Origin: Horticoccus luteus
GTDB taxonomy: Bacteria > Verrucomicrobiota > Verrucomicrobiia > Opitutales > Opitutaceae
Assembly: GCF_019464535.1 (NCBI RefSeq)
Contig: NZ_CP080507.1
Coordinates: forward strand, 2,730,001-2,762,000
DNA: 32,000 nt
Reading direction: 5' to 3'
Part shown: positions 1 to 10,051 of the stretch, in pieces
Layout: every line of letters begins with the position of its first letter
How positions within the stretch are numbered: position 1 is the stretch's first letter
Position numbers and translations under genes: made by a program
Notes under the pieces: generated by a model
What the model was told of the DNA's origin: nothing
What the model saw: only the letters and a program-made list of their open reading frames with translations
Databases searched by the model: none

Positions 1-806
1 TGCCCAGCGCCGACGCCACCCTCACGGTCGCGCCGCCCAGCTATCTTTCCAACCTCTCCGTGCGCGCCGCGATGGACGAGGGCCAGACGCTCATCGTCGG
101 CTTCGTGGTAAGCGGCACCGCCAAACCCATCCTCGTGCGCGCCGCCGGCCCCGCCCTCGACACGTTCGGCCTGGCCGGCGTTGCCGACCCGCATCTCGCC
201 CTTTACCAAGGAACCAACCTCGTCGCCGGCAACGACGATTGGGACGATTCACTCGCAACCGTCTTCACCCACCTCGGAGCGTTTCCGTTTACCTCCGGCA
301 GCAAAGACGCCGCCCTCCTGCAAACCCTCACCGGCGTTTACACCGCGCAAGCATCGGGCACCGGCAACGGCAGCGTGCTCGTCGAAGCTTACGACGCGCA
401 GGCCGGTTCCGCCGCGCGCTTCACCAACTTGTCCGCGCGTTTTCACGTCGGCACCGGGAGCGATATTCTCATCGCCGGTTTCGCCGTGGGCGGCGGCGGC
501 TACAAAGCCGTGCTCATCCGCGCCGTCGGTCCCGCGCTCGCCGCCTTCGGCGTGCCCGGCACGCTCGCCGACCCCAAACTCTCGATCTACGATCAGAACG
601 GCAACTTCATCGTCGGGAACGATAATTGGTCCGGCACGCTCGTGCCCATCTTCAAACGCCTCGGCGCGTTCCCCCTCTATGACGGCAGCGCGGACGCCGC
701 CATCCTCGTTTCCCTCGAGGCCGGCAAATCCTACACCGTGCAAGTCGTCGGCGCCGACGGCGGCACCGGCGAAGCGCTCGTCGAGATCTACGACAACAAC
801 CCGTAG
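1..806 (+). CDS. Secreted repeat-domain protein, 5' partial (the frame is open from the window start). It holds two tandem copies of a roughly 120-aa domain.
   Basis: Frame 3 is open from nt 3 (PSADATLTVAPPSYLSNLSVRA...), so the listed start at nt 60 is internal. There are two copies of the pattern [ST]NLS.R..(G)....L(I/V)(A/V)GF.....K..L(I/V)RA.GP.L..FG..G..ADP.L..Y.....V.(G)ND.W...........LGAFP...GS.DAA......G.YT.Q..G..G..G..LVE.YD. The same domain occurs twice in the CDS at 14368..15765. GC3 is high. Confidence 0.6.
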   Translation, partial: PSADATLTVAPPSYLSNLSVRAAMDEGQTLIVGFVVSGTAKPILVRAAGPALDTFGLAGVADPHLALYQGTNLVAGNDDWDDSLATVFTHLGAFPFTSGSKDAALLQTLTGVYTAQASGTGNGSVLVEAYDAQAGSAARFTNLSARFHVGTGSDILIAGFAVGGGGYKAVLIRAVGPALAAFGVPGTLADPKLSIYDQNGNFIVGNDNWSGTLVPIFKRLGAFPLYDGSADAAILVSLEAGKSYTVQVVGADGGTGEALVEIYDNNP

Positions 807-986
807 CGCCCGCCCGTCGCCCGACCGTTCACCGCCGTAGCGCACATCCTCCGCCGGCGCTACACCCCTCTGCTCCGCCTGCCCGCGGAGCGCACGCGTC
901 TCGTGAGCGGATTGTCCGAATTCGCCGGACTGTCGCTCCAGCGCTTTCCGCGCTTCCTTGGACGCTCACCCAACCCCGCTCCTCTC

Positions 987-2360
987 ATGTCGCCCTTCCT
1001 GCTGCGCCGCTGCGCCGGTGTCTCCCTCGCTCTCCTCCTCACCATGCAAGCTTTTGGTCACATCGGGGATCGTTTCCCCGCGGAAAAGAAGATCGTCGTC
1101 GATCCCGTCACCGGCGCTCCGCTGAGTTTTCTCACCAGCCAGCCGCGCGGCGATTCCAAGATCTATCAAACGCATCACCAATGGACCTCCGACGGCCAGT
1201 GGGTCGTCTTCCGCTCCAACCGCGTGCGCGGCCAGGCGATGGCGGTCAACGAGCACACGGGCGACATCGTGCAAGTCACCGAACACGGTTACTCCGGCAT
1301 GCTCTGCCTCGCCGACCACTCGATGAACCTGTATTTCGTGCGTCTGCCCGAAAGCCAACCGCCGACCGCCGTGACCGGTGCCGAACCCGCCACGCCCGCC
1401 GTTAAAGCCGGCGAATCCCACGGCGCCGCGCAAATCGTGCGCGTCGATCTCGGCAAACTTTTCCTCGACAGCGCGGCCGGCACCGTCGGCCCCGCCACCG
1501 ATTACGAACACGTGTGCGGCGTCGTCCCATCGGAGTTGGGCGCCGTCGGCGACGTCGCCCTCGATTGTACGGAAGATTACGCCTACTTCCGCGTGGCCGG
1601 CCGTGACGTCGCGCAACGCCACCTCGCACCGGGCACCAAGCTCGAGCCCGACTTCGGCCCGCGTCACATGGGCGCCGGCCCGACGGGTCTCGCCAGCATG
1701 AACCTGCACACCGGCGAGGTGAAATTCATCGTCGCCGTGCCCTTTCAAATTGGCCACGTGCAGACCAATCCTTGGGTGCCCGGCGAAATCGTCTTTTGCT
1801 GGGAAACCGGCGGCAAAGCTCCCCAGCGCACGTGGACGGTCCGCGCCGATGGCACCGGCTTGCGTCCGCTTTATCCGGAAGCGTCCTACGATTGGGTCAC
1901 GCACGAAGCGGTCATCACCAAAGACGAAGTGGCGATGGCGCTCATGGGCCACCGCCCCGTCGGCACCGACGACGCGTGGGGCGCCTGCGGCACGCGCGAA
2001 CATCCCACCGGTCTCGCCATCGTCAACCTCCGCACGCGCGAGATGCGCATCGTCGGCCAGACCGCCACCGGCAGCGGTTTCTGGCACGTCAACGGTTCCC
2101 CCGACGGACGCTGGGCGTGCGGCGACGACTTTGCCCGCAATCTCTGGCTGATCGATCGCCACACCGGCGAAATGATCCTCCTCACCACCGGCCACAAGGA
2201 AACCGCCGCCGATCACATTCACCCAACCTTCAGCGCCGACAGCACCCGCATCGAATTCCAATCCGCGATGCTCTCCGCCGACAACCGCACGATGAACATC
2301 TGCGTCGTGCCAGTGCCCGCCGCGTGGCTTCAGCGCACCTATTCGACCAAGCTCCCGTAA
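987..2360 (+). CDS. Oligogalacturonate-lyase-family / TolB-like beta-propeller protein, secreted
   Basis: The ATG at 987 gives a signal peptide (MSPFLLRRCAGVSLALLLTMQAFG); the listed start at 903 is GTG. The segment VDPVTGAPLSFLTSQPRGDSKIYQTHHQWTSDGQWVVFRSNR...NEHTGDIVQVTEHG and the C-terminal HIHPTFSADSTRIEFQS match my recollection of the oligogalacturonide lyase / TolB propeller template. Confidence 0.55.
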   Translation: MSPFLLRRCAGVSLALLLTMQAFGHIGDRFPAEKKIVVDPVTGAPLSFLTSQPRGDSKIYQTHHQWTSDGQWVVFRSNRVRGQAMAVNEHTGDIVQVTEHGYSGMLCLADHSMNLYFVRLPESQPPTAVTGAEPATPAVKAGESHGAAQIVRVDLGKLFLDSAAGTVGPATDYEHVCGVVPSELGAVGDVALDCTEDYAYFRVAGRDVAQRHLAPGTKLEPDFGPRHMGAGPTGLASMNLHTGEVKFIVAVPFQIGHVQTNPWVPGEIVFCWETGGKAPQRTWTVRADGTGLRPLYPEASYDWVTHEAVITKDEVAMALMGHRPVGTDDAWGACGTREHPTGLAIVNLRTREMRIVGQTATGSGFWHVNGSPDGRWACGDDFARNLWLIDRHTGEMILLTTGHKETAADHIHPTFSADSTRIEFQSAMLSADNRTMNICVVPVPAAWLQRTYSTKLP

Positions 2361-2454
2361 CGCGCCGCGGCTTTCTCTCCGCGCCCGCTGCTCTCGCGCT
2401 GCCGCGCGACGTCCGCGCAGGCTTGCGCGTCGCCCGCGGCCGACCGCGCCGTTC

Positions 2455-3297
2455 TTACGCCGACTTGGCCGCGGCCGCTTTCGCCGCGCGCGCCGCCGCC
2501 TGCTCTTCCTGCCAGGGGAATTTCCGCGCCGTGTCGCGCTTCCGTTCGAACGCCATGCCCACCGCAATATAAGCGCGGCGGAAATCGTCCGAGCGGTTCG
2601 CCGCCGTGAAGTGCAGCGTGCGCTCCGCGTGAAACGTCGCGCCGCCCGCCGGCAGTTCGCACGCCACAGCCTTCGCCGCCTGCAATTCGCTCGGCACCAC
2701 TTCCAAGCCCGGCGTCAGCGGATTGCCGCCGATCGGCCGGTGCGGCACCACTTCGCCTTTCTGCGAACCCGGCACGAAACACATGCACCCGTTGACCTTT
2801 GTCGCCGGCTGCAACGCCACCCAGACGCTGAGCCCGCTGTATTCCTTCGCCGGATCCCAATACGCCTCGTCCTGGTGCCACGGCGTCGGTGAGTTGCCGT
2901 GCGGCGGCTTGTTGATCGCGTGATCGCCCACCATCCGCGTCTCCGGCCCGTGCAGTTGCTTCATCATCGCCTTGATGTTCGCCACCAACTGCGTCTCGAG
3001 CAGCTCCGGCGCGTATTTCGCCGGCTGCAAAATCTGCGGCACGCTCTCGCTTTTGCCCTTCGTTTTCTCGCCGGTGAGGTCGTAGAGGTCACCCTCGGTT
3101 TTGGCGCGGTCCTCGTTGAACAACCGGTCGTAAATCCGCCGCACCGTGGCGACCTCCTCCGCGGGCATCACCGCATCGACCGCGAGATAACCGTTCTCCC
3201 GGTAAAACGCGATCTGCTCCGGCGTGAGCGACCGGTCGGGCGCGCGTTGAGCCGGCGCACTGTAGTTGGGAGTGGGCAGCGAAGGGGCTTCGTTCAT
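2455..3297 (-). CDS. Phytanoyl-CoA dioxygenase (PhyH) family Fe(II)/2-oxoglutarate oxygenase
   Basis: The real start is the ATG at 3297 (MNEAPSLPT...). It has LTPEQIAFYRENGYLAV, the H-x-D motif in TPWHQDEAYW, and a distal His in TFHAERTLHFT. The rest of the listed 592-aa ORF (3298..4233) is a shadow of the AraC gene. Confidence 0.8.
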   Translation of the reverse strand: MNEAPSLPTPNYSAPAQRAPDRSLTPEQIAFYRENGYLAVDAVMPAEEVATVRRIYDRLFNEDRAKTEGDLYDLTGEKTKGKSESVPQILQPAKYAPELLETQLVANIKAMMKQLHGPETRMVGDHAINKPPHGNSPTPWHQDEAYWDPAKEYSGLSVWVALQPATKVNGCMCFVPGSQKGEVVPHRPIGGNPLTPGLEVVPSELQAAKAVACELPAGGATFHAERTLHFTAANRSDDFRRAYIAVGMAFERKRDTARKFPWQEEQAAARAAKAAAAKSA

Positions 3298-3339
3298 CGT
3301 CGACACCTTAACGCCGTGCGCAAAACCTCGCGTCCGCGA

Positions 3340-4269
3340 ATGTCGCCCAAGACAAAATCGAACATCGCTCCCGCCACGCGCCACGTGATGACGCCGGAGC
3401 AAAAGGCGCGCCGCACCGAGCTCTTCGCCGGCGACATTCGCCTGCCCGGCATCGTCGAGATCGGCCGCTACCACTACGCCGCCGCCTACGAGCCGCTCCG
3501 CCTCCGCACGCATCCCGACGGCCTCGAAATCTGTTTCCTTGCGCGTGGCCGGCAAACCTACCGCGTCAACGGCCGCATCTACCGGTTGCGCGGCGGCGAG
3601 CAGTATTTGGTGTTCCCCGGCGAGCCCCACGACTCCGCCGGGATGCCCGAGGAAAAAGGCGAACTCTACTGGCTCTTCGTCCGTCTCAAGCCCGCGCGGC
3701 AGCGCCTGCTCTTTCTCACCGCCGCCGCTTCCGCCGATCTGCGCCGCGAATTGCTCGCGATGCCCGCGCGCCATTTTGCCGCCGCGCCCGGCACGCGCGA
3801 ACTGCTCGAGGAAATCTTCGCCCTCGTGCCCACCGCCCGCTCCCGCGCCGACCGCCTCCATGTCGCGTCGCGCGTCCTGCAGTTTCTCCTCGCCACCATC
3901 CGGGCATCCCAGCGCAACCGCCGCGCCGCGCCCTCGCCGCGGATTCAACGCTGCCTCGATCACATCGCGCGGCACCCCGCCGATCCGCTCACCGTGCCGC
4001 ACCTCGCCCGCCTCGTGCGCCTCTCCCCTTCGCGGTTCAAAATGCGTTTTCGCGCCGAGATCGGTCTTCCGCCCCGCGAATACGTGCTCCGGCACAAACT
4101 CAGCCTCGCCGACATCCGCCTGCGCCGCGGCGAGGCGGTGACAGCGGTTGCGCACGACCTCGGCTTTTCCAGTTCCCAATATTTTGCCACCGTTTTCCGC
4201 CGTTTTGCCGGCCACCCGCCCTCCGCTCTGCAACCGCCCCGCCGCCCCGGCCGCACCTCCCCACCATGA
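3340..4269 (+). CDS. AraC/XylS-family transcriptional regulator with an N-terminal cupin-like sensor domain
   Basis: The C-terminal HTH region reads IQRCLDHIARHPADPLTVPHLARLVRLSPSRFKMRFRAEIGLPPREYVLRHKLSLADIRL...VAHDLGFSSSQYFATVFRRFAGHPPS. The first ATG is at 3340, with an alternative ATG at 3388. It is divergent from the PhyH gene. Confidence 0.8.
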   Translation: MSPKTKSNIAPATRHVMTPEQKARRTELFAGDIRLPGIVEIGRYHYAAAYEPLRLRTHPDGLEICFLARGRQTYRVNGRIYRLRGGEQYLVFPGEPHDSAGMPEEKGELYWLFVRLKPARQRLLFLTAAASADLRRELLAMPARHFAAAPGTRELLEEIFALVPTARSRADRLHVASRVLQFLLATIRASQRNRRAAPSPRIQRCLDHIARHPADPLTVPHLARLVRLSPSRFKMRFRAEIGLPPREYVLRHKLSLADIRLRRGEAVTAVAHDLGFSSSQYFATVFRRFAGHPPSALQPPRRPGRTSPP

Positions 4270-4949
4270 AACTCACCTACTTCGGCCACTCCGCCTTTCG
4301 CGTCGTCACCGAGCAGATCGCGATCGTGTTCGATCCTTGGCTCCTCTCCAACCCCCACGGCTCCGTGCCGCTGGCCGAGGCGCCGTGTGATTACATTCTC
4401 TGCTCTCACGCGCATGACGATCACATCGCCGACGCCGTGGCTCTCGCGCGCCTGCACGGCGCCACGATCGTGGCGCCATTCGAACTCGCCGACTACTTCG
4501 CGACGCACGGCGTCGCCACGCTCGACCTCATGCCCGGCGGCGGCGTCACGCTGCCTTGGGGCCGCATCGACATGACGCCCGCCATTCATAGCTCTTCGCT
4601 CGAACTCCCCAATGCTCCCGCCCGCGCGATGGGCGTGCCTTCCGGCTATCGCGTGCAAACCGCCGGCCGCACGCTCTATCACGCCGGCGACACCGCGCTG
4701 TTTGGCGACATGCGCCTCATCGCCCGAACACCGCTCGACCTCGCTCTCCTGCCCATCGGCGACTTCTACACGATGGGGCCCGACGACGCCGTCGCTGCGC
4801 TCGACCTCCTCCGCCCGCGTCTGGCCGTGCCCATGCACTACAACTCCAACGAAAAAATCCGCGTCGATCCTCACGCCTTCGCCACGGCCGCCGCCTCCGC
4901 CGGACACACCGTCCGTGTCATGACACCCGGCGAAACCACCGCGCTGTAA
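4266..4949 (+). CDS. UPF0173-type metal-dependent hydrolase (metallo-beta-lactamase fold)
   Basis: MKLTYFGHSAFRV... with the HxHxDH motif (CSHAHDDHIAD). Its ATG overlaps the AraC stop codon (ATGA at 4266-4269). Confidence 0.8.
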   Translation: MKLTYFGHSAFRVVTEQIAIVFDPWLLSNPHGSVPLAEAPCDYILCSHAHDDHIADAVALARLHGATIVAPFELADYFATHGVATLDLMPGGGVTLPWGRIDMTPAIHSSSLELPNAPARAMGVPSGYRVQTAGRTLYHAGDTALFGDMRLIARTPLDLALLPIGDFYTMGPDDAVAALDLLRPRLAVPMHYNSNEKIRVDPHAFATAAASAGHTVRVMTPGETTAL

Positions 4950-5027
4950 TTTCATCCGCCCTTCGAACCTCCTCGCGCGGTCGAAATGGGTTGCCCGCGA
5001 AATCTCGCGAAACAAATACTCCTCTCG

Positions 5028-5780
5028 ATGAACGTTTGCCGCCCCTTTCTGCGCCCCCTCGTCTTTCTCGCCAGCGTGGCCTTCGCCTCACTCGCGTTTG
5101 CCAACACCGCCATTGAGCCGGTCCCTCGCTCCGAGAGCTGGCTGAAACGCCACGAGGGTTTCGTCGAAATCGCCCACCAGGGTCACATCGACGTGCTCTT
5201 CCTCGGTGACTCGATCACCGATTTTTGGCGGAACAGCGGAAAACCGCCCCGCACCGGCGGCAAGGCCGTGTGGGACGCCAATTTCGCTCCCCTGCACGCC
5301 GCGAATTTCGGCATCAGCGCCGACCGCACGCAGCATCTCCTGTGGCGCATCGAGCACGGTGAACTCGAGGGAATTTCGCCCCGGGCCATCGTCCTCATGA
5401 TCGGCACCAACAACATCGGTTTCGAAAGCGATGGCACCACGCCGCGCAACACGCCGGCCGAAGCCGCCGAGGGCGTCGCCGCCATCGTCCACACCCTCCG
5501 CACCAAACTCCCGGACGCGCAAATCCTCCTCCTCGCCATCTTCCCGCGCAGCAAAAAACCCGACGATCCCAAACGCCTGCAAGTCGCGGAAATCAACCGC
5601 CTGATCGCGCCGCTGGGGAAAGACGCTCACGTCCACTACCTCGATATCGGCCAGAAATTCCTCTCCGCCGACGGCACGCTGTCGAAGAACATCATGCCTG
5701 ACTTCCTCCATCCGAACGAGCACGGCTACGAAATCTGGGCCGCCGCGATCAAGGAGCCGCTGGCAGCGTTGTTGCGCTAA
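5028..5780 (+). CDS. Secreted SGNH/GDSL hydrolase (platelet-activating-factor acetylhydrolase IB-like esterase)
   Basis: Block I is FLGDSITDFW, followed by GTNN, with the C-terminal DFLHPNEHGY (D-x-x-H). The ATG at 5028 gives the signal peptide MNVCRPFLRPLVFLASVAFASLAFA. An upstream ATG at 4986 is possible. Confidence 0.75.
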   Translation: MNVCRPFLRPLVFLASVAFASLAFANTAIEPVPRSESWLKRHEGFVEIAHQGHIDVLFLGDSITDFWRNSGKPPRTGGKAVWDANFAPLHAANFGISADRTQHLLWRIEHGELEGISPRAIVLMIGTNNIGFESDGTTPRNTPAEAAEGVAAIVHTLRTKLPDAQILLLAIFPRSKKPDDPKRLQVAEINRLIAPLGKDAHVHYLDIGQKFLSADGTLSKNIMPDFLHPNEHGYEIWAAAIKEPLAALLR

Positions 5781-5852
5781 CGGATCTGTCCGCTCTTTTC
5801 GAGGGGAACACCACCAGGCGCTTTCGCCTCAGACTCATTTCGCGGACTTCCC

Positions 5853-6389
5853 ATGCCTGCCCGTTCTACCGCCCCACGCCCCACGCCGACGCGCGCCGAC
5901 TGGGCACGCGTGCGGCTCTTTGCCATGGACGTCGACGGCGTGCTCACGGATGGCAACGTCTTCATCGCGCACGGGCGCTCGGAGCTTAAATCCTTCTCGA
6001 TCCTCGACGGCAGCGGCCTCAAGCGCGCGATCCGCCAAGGCGTCGCCATCGCATGGATCAGCGGCCGACCCTCGCCCGCCACCACCGCCCGAGCCAAGGA
6101 GCTCGGCATCCCTCACGTCGTGCAAGGCCGCAGTGACAAACTCACCGCCCTGCAGGAACTCGCCCGTGAACTCAACCTCCACGCCGACGACTGCGTTTAC
6201 ATGGGTGACGACGACATCGACGCCCCTGCCATGCGCTGGGCGCGCATCGGCGTCAGCGTGCCCGGCGCCATGGCCGTCGCCCACGCCGCGGCCGACTACA
6301 TCACGCAGCGCGACGGTGGCCGCGGCGCGGTGCGCGAGGTGTGCGATTTGATTCTCGCCGCCCGCGCGGCGAAGAAAGCCACGGGTTGA
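5853..6389 (+). CDS. kdsC: 3-deoxy-D-manno-octulosonate 8-phosphate phosphatase (HAD family)
   Basis: HAD motif I is FAMDVDGVLTDG, followed by FSILDGSGLK...ISGR and YMGDDDIDAP. It sits directly upstream of the lptC/A/B-like genes. Confidence 0.8.
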   Translation: MPARSTAPRPTPTRADWARVRLFAMDVDGVLTDGNVFIAHGRSELKSFSILDGSGLKRAIRQGVAIAWISGRPSPATTARAKELGIPHVVQGRSDKLTALQELARELNLHADDCVYMGDDDIDAPAMRWARIGVSVPGAMAVAHAAADYITQRDGGRGAVREVCDLILAARAAKKATG

Positions 6390-6844
6390 TGAAGCCGCAT
6401 TTTCATCCACCACTGCGCGCCCTGATGCTCGGCGCAATCCTCTCTGGCCTCGCCATCGCGGCGCATGCGCAACTCCCCGCGGCCGATGCCCCTGCGCTCA
6501 ATTTCAGCCTCCCGGCGTTTACGCCCGAAGGCTACCGTTCCTTCCTCCTGCGCGCATCCTCCGCCAGTTTCGCCGGCCCGAAGGAAATCGAACTGCGCAA
6601 CGCCAACCTCACGGTGTTCAACGGCGATGCGGCCAACACCGTCGAGACCGTCATCCTCGCGCCCGTCGCCCGCTTCTTCACCGAGCGCAACCTCGCCTCC
6701 GGCCCGGGCAGCGTGCGCTTGATCCGCGACGACATGGAAGTCACCGGCCAGGAGTGGCGCTACGACCACGCGCACAAGACGGTTTTCATCGCGAAAGACG
6801 TCCGCGTCATTTTTCATGCTGCGCTGCCCGACTTGATCCAATGA
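6389..6844 (+). CDS. lptC: LptC-like LPS export protein (membrane-anchored OstA-fold)
   Basis: The ATG at 6389 shares one base with the kdsC stop (TGATG). It has an N-terminal anchor (LRALMLGAILSGLAIAAHA), is about 150 aa, has an LptC-like end (MEVTGQEWRYDHAHKTVFIAKDVRVIF), and lies between kdsC and lptA. Confidence 0.55.
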   Translation: MKPHFHPPLRALMLGAILSGLAIAAHAQLPAADAPALNFSLPAFTPEGYRSFLLRASSASFAGPKEIELRNANLTVFNGDAANTVETVILAPVARFFTERNLASGPGSVRLIRDDMEVTGQEWRYDHAHKTVFIAKDVRVIFHAALPDLIQ

Positions 6845-7403
6845 AACGCGCCCTCCTTTCTCTCGCCGCTCTGCTGCTCGCCACCGCCCTTCCGGGCCGC
6901 GCGCAAACGGCGCCTACGGACACGATCATTGAATGCGCGGGCGCGTTTGAGACCGTGAGCACCGCGACGGAAATCGTTTCCACGTTTCGCGACCACGTCG
7001 TCGTCACCGGCACCAATATCTCACTGACCTGCGATTATCTCCGCGTGGTCGCTTTGCAAAAGACCGCGCAGACCACCGCCCTCGGCCAATACGGCTACTT
7101 CAAATCCCTCGTCGCCACCGGCCACGTGAAAATCGTCCAGGGCGATCGCGAGGCGACGTGCGGTCGCGCCGAGATTTTTCCGGGCGACGACAAGATCGTG
7201 CTCACCGAGCAGCCGGTCGTGAGCAGCACCGACGGTCAATACGTCGCGCGCGGCCCGCGCATGGTCCTCTACCGCGGCCGCCGGCAGGCCGTCATCGAGG
7301 GCTCACCCGAAGAGCGCGTGCGCATCACGCTGCCACCGGTGAAAGACCTCGGCTTCGAGGAGGAGAAAACCACCCCGCCGCCGGCCGCCAAGCCGCCCGC
7401 GAA

Positions 7404-7407
<4 letters not shown>
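6841..7407 (+). CDS. lptA: LptA-like periplasmic LPS transport protein (OstA N-terminal domain)
   Basis: The ATG at 6841 overlaps the lptC stop (ATGA). It has the signal peptide MKRALLSLAALLLATALPGRAQ and OstA-like segments (FRDHVVVTGTNISLTCDYLRVV...ATGHVKIVQGDREATCGRAEIFPGDDKIVLTEQPVV). Confidence 0.7.
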
Positions 7408-8159
<752 letters not shown>

Positions 8160-8221
8160 GCTCGCCCCGGCGGGAACCGGCTCGCGTTTCCCGCCCCGCC
8201 CGCCACCTTTTCTCCCGCCCG

Positions 8222-9235
8222 ATGTCACCCGCGAAATCCAAGGCCATCCACGGAATCACCGTCGCGCACTTTTTCGAAACGTATCGCGCGAAGCTCAAGC
8301 TGGAGCTCCTCAAGGGCGAAGACGGCCTGCACCGCCTCATCCGTGAAGGCAGCATCAACCGCCCTTCGCTCGCCCTCACCGGCTTCTTCAAATATTTCGC
8401 GAATAAACGCATTCAAGTCCTCGGCGCCGCGGAACTCACCTACCTCAAGACGCTGCACCACGACCAGCAGTGCGCCGTCTTCGAGCAGATGGTGAAGCGC
8501 AACGTCCCCTGCCTCGTGCTCACGCGGAATTATCACCCCACCCGCGCCATGGCCGACGTCGCCCACCGGATGAACCTCCCGATTTTCCGCACGCCGATGA
8601 TCACGATGCATTTCGTGAATGTCGGCACGCTCTGCATCGACAACGAATTCGCGCCTCACACCACCGAACACGCCACCATGCTCGACGTCCGCGGCGTCGG
8701 CGTGATGCTCCGCGGCTCCAGCGGCGTCGGCAAAAGCGAATGCGCCCTCGCGCTCATCGAGCGCGGCCATTCCCTCGTCGCCGACGATCTCACCGTCATC
8801 CGACTCCTCGACGAACGCGAACTCATGTCCAGCAGCCGCATGCTCAACCGCGGCTGGATGGAGTGCCGCGGCATCGGCATCATCAACATCGCCGAAATGT
8901 TCGGCATCAAAAGCGTGCGTCTCGAAAAACGCATCGACCTCGTGATCTCGTTGCAGGAATGGCGGCCCGACGTCATCGAAGAACGCACCGGCCTCGAGGA
9001 AAACTACTACGAAATTCTCGGCCTGAAAATTCCGCACATCGAACTCTTCGTCCGACCCGGCCGCGACATGGCCCGCCTCGTCGAAGTCGCGGCCCTGACC
9101 CAGGCGCTCAAAAAAATGGGCCACGATCCCGCGAAGAGTTTCAACGACCGGTTGATTCAGTTCATGGCGGCCAAGAACAACCAGGTCCGCACGATCAAGC
9201 CCGTCGTCCGCCTGGACCGCACGCCCGAAGCCTGA
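8222..9235 (+). CDS. hprK: HPr kinase/phosphorylase
   Basis: It has the P-loop GSSGVGKSECALALIERGHSLVADD and the HprK signature ...MECRGIGIINI. Its length of about 337 aa is typical. Confidence 0.9.
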   Translation: MSPAKSKAIHGITVAHFFETYRAKLKLELLKGEDGLHRLIREGSINRPSLALTGFFKYFANKRIQVLGAAELTYLKTLHHDQQCAVFEQMVKRNVPCLVLTRNYHPTRAMADVAHRMNLPIFRTPMITMHFVNVGTLCIDNEFAPHTTEHATMLDVRGVGVMLRGSSGVGKSECALALIERGHSLVADDLTVIRLLDERELMSSSRMLNRGWMECRGIGIINIAEMFGIKSVRLEKRIDLVISLQEWRPDVIEERTGLEENYYEILGLKIPHIELFVRPGRDMARLVEVAALTQALKKMGHDPAKSFNDRLIQFMAAKNNQVRTIKPVVRLDRTPEA

Positions 9236-9294
9236 GGCCGGGCGCACCGGAAATCGGGCTCGTGCTTTCCGCGCCGCTCTCCTTTTCTCGCGCG

Positions 9295-10041
9295 ATGTCG
9301 TCTCTCCGCTCCGATGGTCGCAAGGCCGATCAGCTCCGCCCCATCACCTTCGAGGCCAATATTGCGCCCCACGCCACCGGCTCCGTGCTCGTCTCCTTCG
9401 GCGCCACCCGCGTCATCTGCGCCGCGACGATCGAGGCCAACGTCCCCACCTGGATGAAGCAGCAGCGCGTCCCCGGCGGCTGGCTCACGGCAGAATACTC
9501 GATGCTGCCCTACTCGACGCTCGACCGGAAACAGCGCGACATCTCCCGCGGCAAAATCGACGGCCGCACCGTTGAAATCCAACGCCTCATCGGCCGCTCG
9601 CTGCGCGCCGTCATCGATTTGAAAAAACTCGGCCAAAACACCCTCTGGCTCGATTGCGACGTTCTCCAGGCCGACGGCGGCACCCGCACCGCCTCCATCA
9701 CCGGCGCATATCTCGCCGCCCGTCTCGCGGTGCAAAAGCTGGTCGATGCCGGCCGCCTCGCCGAGAATCCCCTCGCCGACTCCGTCGCCGCCGTCAGCGT
9801 CGGCGTGTTCGGCGGTCAGGAACTGCTCGATCTCAACTACGTCGAGGACAAGGACGCCGAGGTTGACGCCAATATCGTCATGACCGGTCAGGGCCGTTTC
9901 GTCGAAGTGCAGAGCAGCGGCGAGGAAGCGACTTTCTCCACCGAGCAACTCACCGGCCTCATCGCGCTCGCCCAACAGGGCCTGAAGCAACTCGCTTCCC
10001 TGCAGACGGCGTTTCTCACGAAACAACTGCTGAAGTTCTGA
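9295..10041 (+). CDS. rph: Ribonuclease PH
   Basis: From the ATG at 9295: MSSLRSDGRKADQLRPITFE...GSVLVSFGATRVICAAT...EYSMLPYST..R......GKIDGRTVEIQRLIGRSLR...DCDVLQADGGTRTASITGA. The listed 523-aa ORF is a spurious 5' extension. Confidence 0.95.
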   Translation: MSSLRSDGRKADQLRPITFEANIAPHATGSVLVSFGATRVICAATIEANVPTWMKQQRVPGGWLTAEYSMLPYSTLDRKQRDISRGKIDGRTVEIQRLIGRSLRAVIDLKKLGQNTLWLDCDVLQADGGTRTASITGAYLAARLAVQKLVDAGRLAENPLADSVAAVSVGVFGGQELLDLNYVEDKDAEVDANIVMTGQGRFVEVQSSGEEATFSTEQLTGLIALAQQGLKQLASLQTAFLTKQLLKF

Positions 10042-10051
10042 CCGCCCGCGC

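Noticed and set aside
941-955. The 13-mer gcgctttccgcgc is shared between the 806-987 intergenic region and the terminator at 16646-16673
   Set aside because: It is a short GC-rich near-palindrome that is expected by chance in this composition. The first copy has no following U-tract and the flanks are not similar.
966-2567. 533-aa minus-strand ORF antisense to the oligogalacturonate-lyase-like gene, together with the similar 249..845 ORF
   Set aside because: The composition is Arg/Gly/Ala-rich and low-complexity with no recognisable motifs. It mirrors a + strand gene that has family-like motifs and a signal peptide. This is the typical shadow ORF of a high-GC genome.
3298-4233. Upstream extension of the PhyH ORF (listed as 592 aa), and the 2899..3339 extension of the AraC ORF
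   Set aside because: Homology-like sequence begins only at MNEAPS (3297) and MSPKTK (3340). Each extension runs antisense through the other gene.
8470-9294. 5' extension of the rph ORF (listed as 523 aa)
   Set aside because: It is Arg/His/Pro-rich and overlaps hprK in another frame. RNase PH homology starts at the ATG at 9295.
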